From positions 58,094,001 through 58,158,000 of the forward strand of contig CM060734.1 in the NCBI GenBank assembly GCA_030704615.1: DNA of 64,000 nucleotides, given 5' to 3'. The notes beneath the pieces were generated by a model. It had not been told where the DNA came from. It was given only the letters and a program-made list of their open reading frames with translations, and did no database searches. Positions 48,001-63,000 of the stretch are shown one piece after another. Positions within the stretch are counted from its first letter, which is position 1; each line of letters begins with the position of its first letter. Source of the stretch: Takakia lepidozioides. Taxonomy: Eukaryota > Plantae > Bryophyta. A program made the translations under genes and the position numbers.

Positions 48001-51000
48001 TAAGGTATCTCTGCAAGGGAGTGCAATCAAATGCACTCGGCCAAATGTGAACCCAATCATGTTCGAGAGTAAGCTGTTCCAAGAGAAATGGAAATTTGAT
48101 CGGAGTATATCTGGTGCCAAGAGGAACAAACAAATTTTGGGGATAACTCTGTCTACAATCAGAAGTTGATATGGGATTGGCGAGTCTAGTGCTGTAGGAG
48201 CTCCTTGTGGGTTTCTCACTCAGTATTTTGGCTTGCATTTTGGATTGTTTGTCTCCACAAAAGTTGCAGATTTTGTTTTTATTTTGGGCTAGTTGGAACG
48301 AGACAGGTCAAGGAACAACTTGATCTACAGTTTAGGCACAAAACATATAGAAGTTTGGTATCACATTTGCAAATTGACAACGGAGAGGGACTTTTGGCTG
48401 CAGGGTCGGAAGGAAAGCTTATCTTTCCTTACCAACGAGTAGGTATGATGTATGCTGTGCAAGCACTTTCAAATGCGCCTGGAGGAAAAGTTGTTACTTC
48501 TCTCGCTTCTGCGATAGTTGTATACCTCTTGTCAGTATATAAAGATGATGGTATGCTGTTGAAACTTGCACTTTCTGGCACGGATTTAATAAGAGGCCTA
48601 GAGATTGAGCTTGCTATGTTTGTGACAACTTTTCAACAAGATAGCCCTCTGATGTGCCTCTCATGAGAAAGAAGTAGAAAATCAACAAATTTATGTTTCA
48701 GCAGGAATATGTTGTCCATGACCTGCTTTAGGATGGTTGTTGTTGTGGGTGAGCCATATCCATGAAATCCCCTACAAAGTTACTTTACGGCCAATGTTCA
48801 CTAGGAACAGTCAGCGAGGACAAGTGTTTCACTTGGGAGAATCAGGCTAAAGTCGCCTGTAAATATGTGAAGGGAATTGTGTGGCTCCTTGATGCACCCC
48901 TTCATACTGCTCATTCACAGAAAGCCTAAACAAAGAGATGGACATTGCAGGAAATGAAGAGGTGCGGATTGCAGTTTTGGGGGCATTAGGTGCTTGGCTA
49001 GCAAGAGCTGGAGAGTGCGCCCCTGCCGAATGTGCCATGTTTTTTACTGCAGGCCTTAAGGAGAAAGAGATGCTCCGCCGGGCTCACCTTCGCTGCCTGC
49101 GAGTAGCCTTCAGAAACAGGGACTTACCAAGTCAGGTGCCACAATTTAAGAGCAGCTTGAAACCAGAAGTCGAGTCAATGCCTTATGCGGTCACTGCTTA
49201 CTAGTCAACATTGCCCTCTCAACTTTGCCAGTGAGGTGATTGGAATATGTATAACCGGCGGTATGTTTCTCGTGCAGCTGCGAAAAATAGTGGAGCCCTT
49301 GCTGATGCTAGTTAAGAGTGGTGCTTCAAAGCCTGCTCAGCGAGTGGATGGCATTTACTCGCTTCTACTTGTGGCCATGATTGCTGCAGTTGATATCGGA
49401 TCTGGTAGGTGCCATGGTTCAATCTTCAATCTTCAAAACTTCAAAACTTAAAACTTCAAATTCAGCTGGCCTGTCACTGTTGCAGTTCTGGTTTTTTGCA
49501 TATACTTTTATCTTCTGTCTCTGTAAGATTTTTCAAACCCTAGGTTATACTGACAGTTTAGGCTACATTCCATTATCTTCTCTTTGTAGGCACAGGGAGC
49601 AGTATCAAATTTCAATCCCTATGTTTGTAAGCATCTGATGTGGTTTGAGTGGTGTGATAAATAGGACTCCATATACCTTCGAAAGTGAGGATAACCAGTT
49701 GTAGCAACTGTGACTCTACATGCCTGCATGATCTAAGGGGCTGTCTGTGAATGTATCTTGTCACCGCCATGCTGATGTGAAGAAGCAATATATTAGCTTT
49801 CTCAGCCTTGGAGCTCTGTTATAATATGGACCTCCTGTCAGGAGTGGCAAAACCTGACTTCAGCATTGGATACTTTCAGTGACTTTTGGATTTTTCGCCG
49901 CCTTCCTGAGAGCCACAATCATTTGACAAGTTTTCCTGGCTAATTTGGGATGGTGACAGATGACAGACTTGTGAAAGAAAAGATATGGAGTACAGTTTTG
50001 CAAAAAGATTCAGCGCTACTGTCTCCTTCTTTGGTATGCCACTCTTGAAGTGATGACAATTAGTCATAGAATATTTGACATGTGGTTGTTGTAATTGTGT
50101 CTTCATCAATCACTGCTTTCCTCTTAAATGCTAGTTGAAAGTCTTGCATGATGTGTTTGCACGTGGCAGGAAGAGGAGTGGTCTGCTTTGCACTCACCTT
50201 GTTAGACCTTGTTGCAGGTTGTGAGACTGCAACCAGACGATTGCGTAGCTCTTACAGAAATGATTGAAGTTGTGGTCTTACAACACCCATCTAGGTTTGC
50301 ACCTCCCTTTCCCTCTTCTTGTGAGAAAGGACTTCTATGTGAGTAGAGTCTGAAGAACAAACCTCCAAATTGCTTTGTTTTTGCAAAACTCTATGAGAGA
50401 GGATTCAGTTGAACGTTTGAGGATGGACACCCTTCACTCTCTGACATATGTTATTGCAGTAAGCGTACAAACCTCAAAGAATTGTTTCTTCATATTTTTC
50501 CCAGTAACAACTTGACGACTCTCTTTGCAGGGTGACAGCAAATCCCGATGGGGCAGCAGAGCTATTTCAGGTGAAGCAAGAATACTGTCCTATGATCATA
50601 TGACAGGAACCAATGTTGTTTCAATATTCTCTGGGCTGTTTTGACAACTAGAATGCTTGTTAGTCACGGCCAAACAGGTAGGCAGAAATTTTACATGGAA
50701 GGTCAAACCTCTCTGCACTGTATGCAGCTACTGGTGAACCTGCTGTGGAATCCTTCATGGGGCGTGCGGAAAGCAGCATCTGCAGTGGTTGCACGTTTCC
50801 ACTCAGCTGATCTCTCGCTGTCTGAGGGTCTTTTTAATGCCTTTGGTGCTTGGCTTCCCGCGTTGGATGAACAGTATTCGCTCCTCAAGGCTGGGTAAGA
50901 GTAAGCTTGGAATATTGGGATCATACCTCATTGCTTTTCTTGCTACATCATGTGGATCACTGGTTGTGCAGGACTTACCCACCTGGTGGATGCCAATTTT

Positions 51001-54000
51001 TCTCCTCTTTGCGAAGCCACCTGCACATCAAGGCTATCCCATGACCATTATATAGTTTTTGACACCATGATTTTGTGGGCTTTTCTCCCACGACGATGTT
51101 TGTTTGGGTTACATTTCTGTACCACCCGCCAGATACGGGCGGTAAATTAAGTGATGAACACCCTTTGAATCATCGGGATTAGGATGAAATTCTGAAAGAG
51201 GTGTGGTGGCATGGAGTTGTAGTGACGCAGGAGAGGCAGGTGCAGACAGCGTATTGCATAGTGTGCCAGCAGCTGAATTGCTGGCCAAGGCCTTACTGGC
51301 AGTGTCTGCTCCCACATTAGCAGCCCGCCCTGCCATTTGTGATCAGCTTCTACTATTGTCTCATCATCCCTGTATTGCGAGAGGCCACCTCAAAGATGTG
51401 GTTTGGAAGGTAAGTTGATAGGATCATTTCAATAGAAAGGAAGAAAAAATTCATGTCCGTGGGAGGCCAAACGGTCCTAAGGGATACAGAACAAAACTGA
51501 ACCATCGCTTTGGCTCACGAACAAAACAGAATCAAGTGAAAACAAAAGTGCAGGGTCCGTGAGAGCTTGTTCACAGTTGTGGGCTAGGGTGATGTTTACA
51601 GGGTGGTCATAGGCACTGTTGAGTACGAACACTTTTTCAAGGATCAAGTTCAGTTCTGATTTTGTTAATTGTGGATGTGGAGAAGCAGTTGTCCCAGGAT
51701 ACATCTGTAGAAGTTTCTGGATAGTGTGGGTTGCAGTAATGCACTTGGCAGTTTGATGTTCCTGTTACTGGTCAGCTTGCAAGACTTCAAGGGAAAGTCA
51801 TGTGATGATCTCCATTGGGAAATTGTTAATAATTTACTAGTTGTTCAATACGAGGTTTTGCATGTTTCAACGTTATAAAGCACCATTTCAGGTTTTTGTA
51901 AATTTGTGGTTGATCTGTGTATGAGATTTGCTTCTGGTCACATTTTGTTCTTGTTATCATTGTAATGACTTCGTTGTAAGCAAGTTAAATATGGTCTGAT
52001 TGGCACTTACATTGGTACAGGCTGCTGTGAAGAAAATGGAAAAACAAGGCTTGAACATGACCAGAATACTAGCATCTGATCCTGCTCTGGTCTGCAAGGT
52101 AATCTAAGTATGCAATGGTCCACACTGTACCTAATTGTGACAAGCAAGTATCTAAGCCAAGGGTTTCATTAGCTGGCACGTCACTACTATAGTAGTGTAT
52201 GTTGGTACCTTCAAATACAGTGACACCACCAGTGGCTGGTTCATGAGGTCACCAGAAAGTAGAGAGGCACTGCTAGTACATGAGCACGGATGATATTTTC
52301 CCATGACACACAATTATTGAATCTGCGCTTTTCCATCTTGGTTAAAGAGCTATGCACTATGGTTATGTGGCCGTCCAGGAAGACACTAAATTTGGCTTTA
52401 CTTGGGGCTTCTGACCTGTGACTGTCCCTAGTCTTGGGCCCATGTCCTATTATACGTTCTTCTTGAACATTATGACTACCAAGAACTGGATTATTAACCT
52501 GAAGATTTATATTCCAGCCCGAAGGAGTGTGTAGAGGTGTGCACTTCTAGGGATCTTATGGCAAGAAGGTTGAGTGCTATTGTGCTTTGTTGGAGGTGTA
52601 GGTTCTGCTGGGGTCGAGTGGCTTGATTAGCACACGGACATCTGAGTCACAAGCTGCTATTCATGCGCTTTCCACGGCTATGCAGACATTTCCGAAGGAA
52701 TTCTTTCCTCAGTTCCTGTGTGTATGTACCCTCTTTGGGAATCATGTTTAGCATAGTGATGTGCATGTTCCTGACTGATGACAATCCTGTCGTTCTTTAC
52801 CAAGCTGAGTAGAGTATGTACTCTTTTGTTTGCTGTTTTATGTTGCTCTGCAGTTATAGTGACACAGACACTCAGATCTGTTTGAATTGTTTGTCTGCCA
52901 TTTCCTGTTTAGGAACTGGACAATCTTGGAGATCGAACTCTTCATGATGCCGTCACTCAGAATGATATCATGGTATCTTGTTTCCATAAAGCTCATGTCT
53001 TCCTTTTGTGCTTGGCAATGAGCATATGAACCATCCTTGGTTGTGTGACAAGGTTGTCCAATTCCAGTTCACCTGTGAATTCTTGTGAATAGCCTGATTG
53101 CTGTGAAGATGGATGCATGGTTACAGATACTATTTAACAGAGATTATGCCCTTGATTTGAGGTTGAATTGGAGACTGGTTCCAAATTTAGACCAGAGATT
53201 TGAGCAGATTGTGTTCAACTTGCACAAGTGAAGATACATGACTGCTGTAAAGCTTTTTTCAGTTCATTTGTTGAGTATGTTTGAACTACTTCCATCTGGG
53301 CCCTACATACCTAGCTGTCTCACTTGTGGATCTTCTACCTGACAGATCCTAAATACAACAGATGGAGTGCTGTCAACAGAGCAAGGTGTTTATGTTGCAG
53401 AGGCTGTGATGGATAAGAATGTCAGGCATGCAAGGGGTCGGTTCAAGATGTATGGCGATTCAGCAGATGAGGTTTCATGTCAACCCTTTCTCTGTTTGTG
53501 TTTTTCCGTTGCTGACAAATACTCAAAGTTATAAGCTGGGCCTTTGCATTATCTTGCTATGATTAGGTTAAGTGGCTTCCGCTTAGTACATCTTGCCTCT
53601 CATGGGAAAGAACGGAACCCTGATAAAATTTTGAGTTCAAAACCCACCAACTCCTGTCCACATTCTGCATCATTGTCTTTTTACAAGCTCTAGCATTCAT
53701 TGCAGGAAGAGCCACCTGCAAAGGAACCATTGAAGACTATACGACAGAGTTTCACCAAAAAAGAGACTGTGATTTCTGGGAAAAGGGACGCTTCAAAGGC
53801 AACAAAGAAGCCTGGTAGGTGCTTGCTTTTACTTTGCCCTTGTTCTAGTTAGAGCATTTAGCCAATTTCCTGTGATTTCCAAGGACTACACATGAGAAAA
53901 TTGGGTGGTTTTGTAAGTCAATCCCTTGATGCTGGTCTTGTAAATGCTCGCAGGTGAAATCGACAAAGCAAGGTCAGCTAAAGAGGAAGCTCGTGAGTCA

Positions 54001-57000
54001 CAATTGAGGGAGGAGGCTGCCATTCGCATGAAGGTGCAAGCGATTCAAAAGAGATTGTCTTTGGTGCTGGAAGCTCTGGGTGCAGTTGCCTCAGCAAATC
54101 CATCATTTGCACATGAGCAACTGCCTCTGCTGGTGAGAGCTCTATTTTAGATTGTTGTTATAAGAACTTGGGTTATTAATTGTAAGTCAGTACTTGCATG
54201 TCATTTAAGGTACACGGAGTATCTGAAAAGTAAAGTGATTATTTGAAGGTGCTTTGTTCTGAGACCTTGGAAGGGAGCACCCAGAAAGGAAAGCTCATGG
54301 GTTGCTGCTTGTGCAGGTTGATCGGGTTCTCCCGTTATTAAAATCTCCCACTGTGAGTGCTGAAGCCTACCAGACAATGGAGAAGCTGGCTGGCTGTGTG
54401 GCAGCCCCTCTAAGACACCTAGGACCAGATATTGCAGCCACACTCAGGATGGTGGCGTTGACATCAGTTTTGGAGGAGTTGGAGGCCCCTGTTGGAACCA
54501 TAGGGTCAAACCGAACAAACAGGCCAGCTGTGGTGGATAGGGTGGTAGCGGGTTTGGTGTTGGCTTGCAAGGATGGGCCCCTACCTGCTCCATCTTTTGC
54601 TCTCGTCTTTCCGGTGAGATAATGTTTACCTGAGTATCATTTGCTATCTTGTTGTTCTCTCCCTGTGCACATCTTGTTGTCCTACTTATCTCATGGGCCC
54701 TTGGGGCCCCCTGTAGAGGTTATAAAGGTCTCTTTCTTTGTGCCCCTCTCTTTGCAGGGAAGCAAATTATACATTTTCTTCATCTTTCATTTTCTATGAA
54801 AAAATCTCCCTATCACAAACCAACGCAAGACAGTATGAACTAGATACTTACCTTTCTATTTGAGTGACAGCTGACCATGTTGGCACTGGATGGAACAAGC
54901 AGATTGTGGGGCAAGTATTGCTGGCACCAAAGAAGACGAGGCTGCATGACGATGTGCTCGGGGTGTTAGCCTGGCATTCCTCCCCTGCTATGCCGTTGCC
55001 TCGCCTCCGGATGCTGGCTGTAAGCTCCTCAATTCTACCTCAAGTGTCTTGTCTTCCTGTTTCTCCATGCCTTCCTTCAGCAAAGCATCTTGAGCAGCTG
55101 TGCCAGTTCTAGTGTTTTCAGCTGGTATCTTATTGCAAGGCGGAGCCGGTTGGCTTTGATGAATTTGTCTGTAGTCCAAGGTGTGAACGCTTAAATGATA
55201 ACTATGTTATTGTCATGCTTGATATGCAGGTTCTGTACCATGTGCTTGGATGTGTGTCTTCTTATCACCTCAGGGTTATCCCCCTGTTGAATGAGCTTTG
55301 CAAAGGGCTAGAGGCTCAGGACTTGGCTGAGGTCAGAACTTAATAATCATCTTTCTGATTCCTTGCTATATGCAACATTCCATTCTACGTATGTTTCTCT
55401 GTTGCAACCATGAATCGTAAGTCTTTTGAGGCTGGGCTGGAGCAGGCATTATCAGGGTTGTACTCAGAGCATGCGTATGTGCGGTATGCTTGCTTGAATG
55501 CGGTGAAAAATGTGCCAGCCCTTGGTAGACGAGCTGCTCTCAAAGATTTAACTGTTGCAACGATACTCTGGGTAGCTCTATATGACCCAGAGAAGGTGTG
55601 TTACACAGTTCTTTTGAGCTGCAGTCACATATTTGTTCTTGATACGTTTCTTTTCTGCCCGACAGCTTCCAAGTACTTGTTCTGCAATGGTTGCATATAA
55701 TACACTGGATCAAGTTTTATCCAATGGTCATACATCTCCTTGATGCTAGTTTATGTCATTTTCCCAAATGGTATGTGATGGGATATTGTCCTTTAACTTT
55801 CTTCATGTGATAGTCAAATGCAGAACTTGCGGAAGAGGTCTGGGATCTATATGGTCACGAGTTGGGAACAGACTATGCAACAGGGCTCATAAGGGCCCTT
55901 GCACATGCTAATTTCAATGTGCGACAAGCTGCTGCAGAAGCCATAGCTGCAGCTATGGATGAGTACCCGTCTTCTGTTCAGGTTGGTTGATTTGTTATAG
56001 ATTTTTTGTTTCAGGAATAATCTTTTCTTAATGCTTTGTGAGGGGCATGGGTGCCAATTGGAGAGATTAATGTACTTATTGTAACATCTCTATGCTGAAA
56101 TGACCATGGATTTTTTTTTACGCCTCAATTTGTGTATATTGTTGCAGGAAACATTGTCTTCTTTATTTGCCCTCTACATACGGGAACTACCAATTGGACA
56201 TGGTCCTGTGGACTCAACTTGGCGTGGAAGACAAGGTGTAGCTTTGGCGCTGCTTGCAGCAGCTGATGTTCTTACGGTTAGAGACCTGCCAGTGGTTTCG
56301 ACTTTTCTCATCTCACGCGCACTGGTACGTGGGTTCTTGTTGGCATGTTGAAGGCCTGCATCTAATTTTGTCCAATCTTGTTTGATTTTTACTCATCCTT
56401 TTTACTACGATGGTTCTCTGTCCTCATTTGGAGAAAATGTGAGTTTGCTCTTGGCAGGCGGATTCAAACCAGGATGTGCGTTCAAGGATGGTAGATGCTG
56501 GTGTTGCTATTATAGATCGGCAAGGCAAAGACAATGTGGGGTTATTACTTCCAATCACTGAAAATTATCTGGATAAGAAGGTCTACCTCTTTTCCCATTT
56601 CTTGTCATTCAGTTGAATGCCCAAGGTTTTCTTTCCAAAGGAGATTGATGAGAGATGACATCAGATTTGAGAGATGACAAATCAGATCTGGTACCTATTT
56701 GATAGTTGTAGCCAAGGATGCAATCTGTTCATGAAGATCAAGATCTAAGTGAGATCCATTGTCTGGTTGGCAGGCAGCAGATGAAGAGCGATATGATTTA
56801 GTGCGGGAAGGAGTTGTGATATTCATGGGTGCTCTTGCAAAGCATCTTTCTTTGGTATTGATTCTTTCAATTATACCAAGCTTATGTTGGTCTTGGTGTT
56901 GGTGCAAAATAGGATTCTAGGGGTTGGATCTACTTGTCTTATTTGCAAATAAGGGCTTACTTTTGTGGGGTTGTCCATGCTGTGGAAAGCATGGAGTGCA

Positions 57001-60000
57001 TATGGACTTGCTCACTGATAATGACGATGGTGTGCAGGATGATTCAAAAGTGTCAGCTATACTAGAGAGGCTACTGGAAGTCCTGAACACTCCTTCAGAA
57101 TCAGTGCAACGTGCTGTTTCCAATTGTTTGCCACCTCTGATGCAGTCGCAGCAGGTATTTTTGTGACATGACATTCTACTCATGCGAGGTATATTACCAT
57201 GAGGGGGTGGTGGTTTCACTGCATGGTTCACTATTCTCAGGTGTAGAGTATTAAATCCTCTAAATCTGATCAGCCCTTTCTAATCTTTAGGGGTTCTGTG
57301 TTTAGTGTGAAATATGGTATGTGTGTGGATGCAGTACCGGTATAGACTGTCACCCGTTGGGTGAGTTTCCAATTTGACTGCAGGATAATGCGCCAGTGCT
57401 GATTTCAAGGCTTTTGGACAGACTGATGAAGTCTGATAAATATGGAGAACGTCGCGGAGCAGCTTTTGGATTGGCAGGTGTGGTCAAGGGTCTTGGAATC
57501 TCAAGTCTGAAGCGCTACGGAATCATGGATGCTCTGAAAGCAGGCCTAGAAGATAGGTGAGTTAGTGTCTCTGGAGGTTCTGGTTTACAGTGCTCCAGTA
57601 GCCTCATGTATAGCCTGCAGATTGATGTCCCATCAAAAGTGTTTTCATTTGGCGATCACTTGTGCAGGAACTCTGCCAAAGCGCGAGAAGGAGCTCTGCT
57701 AGGTTTTGAATGCCTCTGTGAAAAGCTGGGTCGGATATTTGAGCCGTAAGTGGCTTCTAATCCTTGCCTATGCTTGTCATCAAAAGTGTTGCTTTGTTGA
57801 TAAGATAACTAGGAATGGAATCATGGATGCTCATTTTCCTTTTGCCAACAATAAAAGAAAACAACTTCAAGTTGTGAGATTTGTATGCTGCAAGTGACAG
57901 AGGAAGGGTAATAACCAGTTGAGGGCATGGGGATGCAGATATGTGATTCACATTTTGCCAGTTTTGTTGGTCTGTTTCTCCGATCAAGTTGTCGCGGTGC
58001 GAGATGCGGCAGATGCTGCGGCACGTGCTATCATGGCCCAGCTCAGTGGACAAGGCGTCAAACTTGTTCTTCCAGCTCTACTTAAGGTGCTCCCATTGGG
58101 ATATCAAGAGACTAGTTGTTTTCTTTGTCCAGGGTCTGTTCATAACTTCCGAAATGTCTTAAAGAGTGAGAAATATGGTGATTGTAGCTTTCTTCACTGG
58201 TTGGTTGGCACTTCATGGACAGATGCAATTGTACGAACACTGAGAAGGCATGTGAGATTACTCTTTCCTTTTGCATTGTTCTTTCAACTTGTACACCTTG
58301 CTAAACAAAGATTGTCCCATTTGCTTTTAAGCTGTGGGTTCAGAGATACAGCACATGCCCAAAGGAACTCATACTGGTGAGGGTGGTTAGTTTGAACCTT
58401 GAATTCTGCATGGATGTAGGCCTTCCCTTCAGAACTTTGTTATTCTTTCATGCTATCTGTCTAATGTTGTGTAACTTCCACGTTTTCTGGAGCGAAGGGA
58501 CTGGAGGACAAGGCATGGCGTACGAAGCAAGGCAGTGTGCAGCTACTTGGTGCCATGGCCTTTTGTGCTCCTCGTCAGCTATCCCAGTGTCTTCCCACCA
58601 TTGTTCCAAAGCTCAGTGAGGTGTATTGATTGCTAAATACACATCCTGCATTCTTCCAAAGTACTTGATTCTATCACAGTATGGCATTCTTTTGGAGGTT
58701 TGCATGCATTGCTGAGCCCACTATGAAACACTGGAGATGTGAATGTGAGGACGTGGGTTAGATCTGACATGGCTGCGTTGTAAGCTTTCCAATATTCAAT
58801 CAGCAAAGTGACAAGACGAATAAGAGCAGTGGAGTTCTAGATATTTAGGAATGATATATTGGTATCAAATTTGAATGCGGGAGGAGATGAGTCTAAGAAT
58901 TGCAGGAATGATATGTGCACAGGTCTTGACTGACACGCATCCCAAAGTACAAACAGCTGCGCAGACTGCATTGCAGCAGGTACGTAGCTGCAGACAGCTT
59001 GCTTGGCCTCACTCTCTTGGGTGCCTCTTTGGTTTTTCTACAGGCAGTGTGATAGGGGTAAGGGTGGTTGTCAGGTTGGGAGTGTGATCAGGAACCCTGA
59101 GATTGCTGCACTTGTTCCAACTCTTCTTGTGGGAATAGCAGATCCCAACGATCACACCAAAACCTCACTTGACCTTCTTTTGCAAGTAAGTACATTCTCG
59201 TTAGGAAAAGAAATTGATCTTCCTTTTGTTGTGTTGCGCAATATAGGGTGCTCAGTACATTGGTGGTTTCGCTTGCTATTTGTTTCCTGCTGAGTTCTAC
59301 AAACCGCTGGTAGTCCATGAGAAAGCCTGACGTAACCGACATCTGTTTAGCTACAGAGGCAAAGTTGACCATGATGTCATGTCAAGCCAGGTTGTTGCTT
59401 TGTTCTCTTATGCATTCTGATAGCTTCACCGAAAAGTCGGTAGGAAGTAGAATCTTACCTACACAGGCTAAGTGTAGGCAGAGGCTGAATTGTGGAAGTT
59501 TTGCAGACTACATTTGTCAACTCAGTGGATGCACCATCCTTGGCGTTGCTTGTCCCCATTGTCCACCGCGGCCTCCGAGAAAGGAGTGCAGAAACAAAGA
59601 AAAAAGCAGCCCAAATTGTTGGCAATATGAGTTCTCTGGTATCAGAGCATAAGGACATGCTTCCCTACTTGGGTCTGCTGCTACCTGAGGTTAAGAAGGT
59701 AATCATCAGAATGCATTCTTGCATAGACATGCTAGCCAAAGTTGCAATCTCCTTTGAGGGCTTTGGTGAGGGGGTACTAGTATGAGCTCCTTTTTTTGTA
59801 CAGTTGGATTGCAAGGGGTTTGTCAGGCTTAAGTAGGGGTCTGCTTTCTGGAAACAGGTTCTAGTGGATCCAATTCCTGAGGTGCGTACAGTTGCAGCAA
59901 AAGCTCTTGGTTCACTAATTAAGGGCATGGGAGAGGAGAACTTCAAAGACTTGGTTCCATGGCTCTTGGAAACCCTGAAATCTGAGACCAGCAGTGTAGA

Positions 60001-63000
60001 ACGATCAGGAGCTGCGCAAGGTTTAAGTGAGGTATGTCAGTCAGGTTCTGGTGAGCAATTTTAGCAAGTGTCTGTGATGTGTTTGCTGAGCATATTATGA
60101 ACTTGATGGCAGCTTGAGCATACTTCCAGCAGCCCACATTCATGCAGTTTCTAGTTTCGACTTTTAACTCTTTCGTTCCAGCGGAAAGTTCTTTCCATGT
60201 TCAATCTTGCTCATGACTGTTCATCTCAAGGTTTCAATAGTTTCTTTATCTTTTTTATGTAGTTTGCATGGGTGAAGATCCGCTGACAAAGATTCACCAT
60301 CCTGTTTCCTTGTCTGTTTCTGCTAACAGGTTTTGGCAGCAATAGGAACAACCTACTTTGAGTCTCTGCTACCTGATGTGATATCAAATTGTTCACACCA
60401 GCGTGCTGCTGTTCGTGATGGGTATCTTACACTCTTTAAGGTGACTGTTTCTTTTCTTATTGCCAATCATTTTGTGATACACTGTCCGGGGTTCTCTCAC
60501 CAAAGAGACGCTCTCTTCAAATCTATCAAGGGAATTTTGTGCCTGTACCCCTATTTACCAACTTTGAAAGTCTTGAGGCTGAGCCAAAAGCCCAGGCCCT
60601 CCTGAGGCCTAGTTTTTGAGCAAATCACACACAGCAGATTGATGCTTGTGTGAAGGGATTTCTAGAGGATATCTGGAAAACCGATTAATTCTATATATGA
60701 AGGTAAGTCTTACTACCCACGCCAGCCCCTGACAGAGGTAGGTTCTGTCCCTTTTGTTCCCGCTCAAACTGGGCACGGGGTCAATGGCCACAAGGCTACG
60801 GCAAACAACGTCTTATGAGTACAATCTTATTGCCAATCATCCAGTTAGTGTACAGGAGGCCACTCCAACACTGACACCGTCTCATCTGATTTTGTGCAGT
60901 ATCTACCTAGCTCACTGGGCCCTGTATTTCAGCAATATCTGCAACGTGTCCTGCCAGCAATATTGGATGGTATGTTATTATGTTCTATGTTGATGTACTT
61001 CAAAAGAGCGAATGAGCATCACCACTCTGTCCCTTTTTGCTTCAATTGCGAGCTTTTTGCTTCAACCCATTTATACTACCTGTTATGCTGCCAAAATTTG
61101 ACATCATCTGATTTGGTCAGGTCTTGCTGATGAAAATGAGTCTGTGAGGGATGCTGCTTTAAGTGCCGGACATGTCCTCGTCGAGCATTATGCTGCAACG
61201 TATGTCGTGAAACTTTTGTAGTCATCCTCAATTGTTTGGACTTGTAAATTCTAGTGCTCAGAAGGTAAGAGCATATGTGGTCTCTGGTTATAGAGTCCAC
61301 CCCCCAAAAGAGGGCAATATCTGCACGGGGAAGAGGCGCTAATTTATGCCAACTCCAGTTGGCTTCCGCTTTCTTCATGTTCTCTTGAGGGGCTAGGTGT
61401 TTGATGTGTTGGTCATTATGATGCTCAATTTAAGTCTGGGAGTTTTTCATCAGCAAATTGTATTCTTGGAGAATTGAGCTCTGTGCATGTTGACAAGTAT
61501 AGTGTAGGCTTGGTTATTCAGCAAATTGTGCACTTCTGAAAGAGTTGAGCTCCACTTGTATTCATTCATACTTAAGGTAACAGTTTCTTACTGTCACTTT
61601 CCTTGGTTCCAGCTCTCTACCACTTTTGCTTCCTGCGGTGGAGGAGGGAATCTTCAATGATAACTGGCGTATCCGTCAAAGCTCTGTGGAACTTTTGGGT
61701 GATTTGCTTTTCAAGGTATGTAATTGTTGCATTTCACAATGTGAATGCAGTTTGCAGGTCTGCACTGCTGAGCTGAAGCAGAACAAAGAAACTAACTTTG
61801 TAATGTCCACAGGGTGCCACAAGGGCCCACGTAAAAAGAAATTATCATTTCAGTTAGAGAGTGGAAATTGTAGCTAATTTGCATCTTTTCAACTGAGTGG
61901 TACTGTCTTTGGCTGCCTGATAAAAATACTTGCTGAAGCTCACTAGGCATGTTTTTATGTGGCACACAAGCTCACAAGGCTTGATGACCTTGGACTGTAG
62001 GTGGCAGGAACTTCAGGCAAAGTGGTAATTGATGGTGGTAGTGATGATGAGGGGGCCAGCACGGAGGCACATGGGCGGGCTATTGTTGATGTGCTAGGTA
62101 GGGAACGCCGCAATGAGGTTTTGGCAGCTGTTTATATGGTGCGCTCAGACGTTAGCCTTACTGTCCGGCAGGTATTCAACCTTGTCCACCTCTTAAGGTT
62201 TTAGATGGCTTTGGAGTTATATCTGAATCACTCGGCTTTGCAATCTCAGCATGCAATGTTGACTCAAATTTGCATATCAATTCTGGTTGCAAGCCGGAGG
62301 AAGCACCTGTCAAGTTGTTCCATTTGGTGCTTTGTTGCGTTAAAGCTGGTTTATGTGCTGTCTAAGGTGCCACTTGTTTCCTGTTTCATTTTTTCTTATT
62401 GCATGTACTGGTTTCCAGGCTGCCTTGCATGTGTGGAAGACTGTGGTGGCCAACACCCCCAAAACTTTAAAGGAAATCATGCCTGTCTTGATGAGCACCC
62501 TTATTTCTTCACTGGCCTCAACATCTTCAGAACGCCGTCAGGTGCGGTTGTTGGTTCGAAGGACAGTGGTTGCTTTGTTAACTACAGTGTAGATTCTGTT
62601 CAATATACAGGAGCTTATTTTTGCAAGGTGGTGATTTGCAGAACACTACTTGTATTCTGCTATTTTCTGTAGTTATGATTCAGAAGCCATCCACCCTTCC
62701 TGTTTGTCAACACACTTCAACTGGTTTCTTAAATCAATGCTTTGTTTCCCTTTGCATAGGTTGCTGGCCGCTCACTAGGTGAGCTTGTGCGAAAACTAGG
62801 CGAGAGAGTACTCCCATCCATCATTCCTATACTAGCTCGCGGACTGGAAGATGAAGTTGCAAGCACACGACAGGTCAGTCATCCATGCTCATGCCTGACA
62901 GGATCCTGTTTGCATAGTGACATTAAAGCCAAGTACTTACAACCTTCTTGTTTGGTGGGATATGCAGGGCGTATGCATGGGTCTTAGTGAAGTCATGGGA

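Noticed and set aside
60471-60824. Hammerhead ribozyme or retrozyme in the short repeat
   Set aside because: No CTGATGA...GAAA core seen on either strand.
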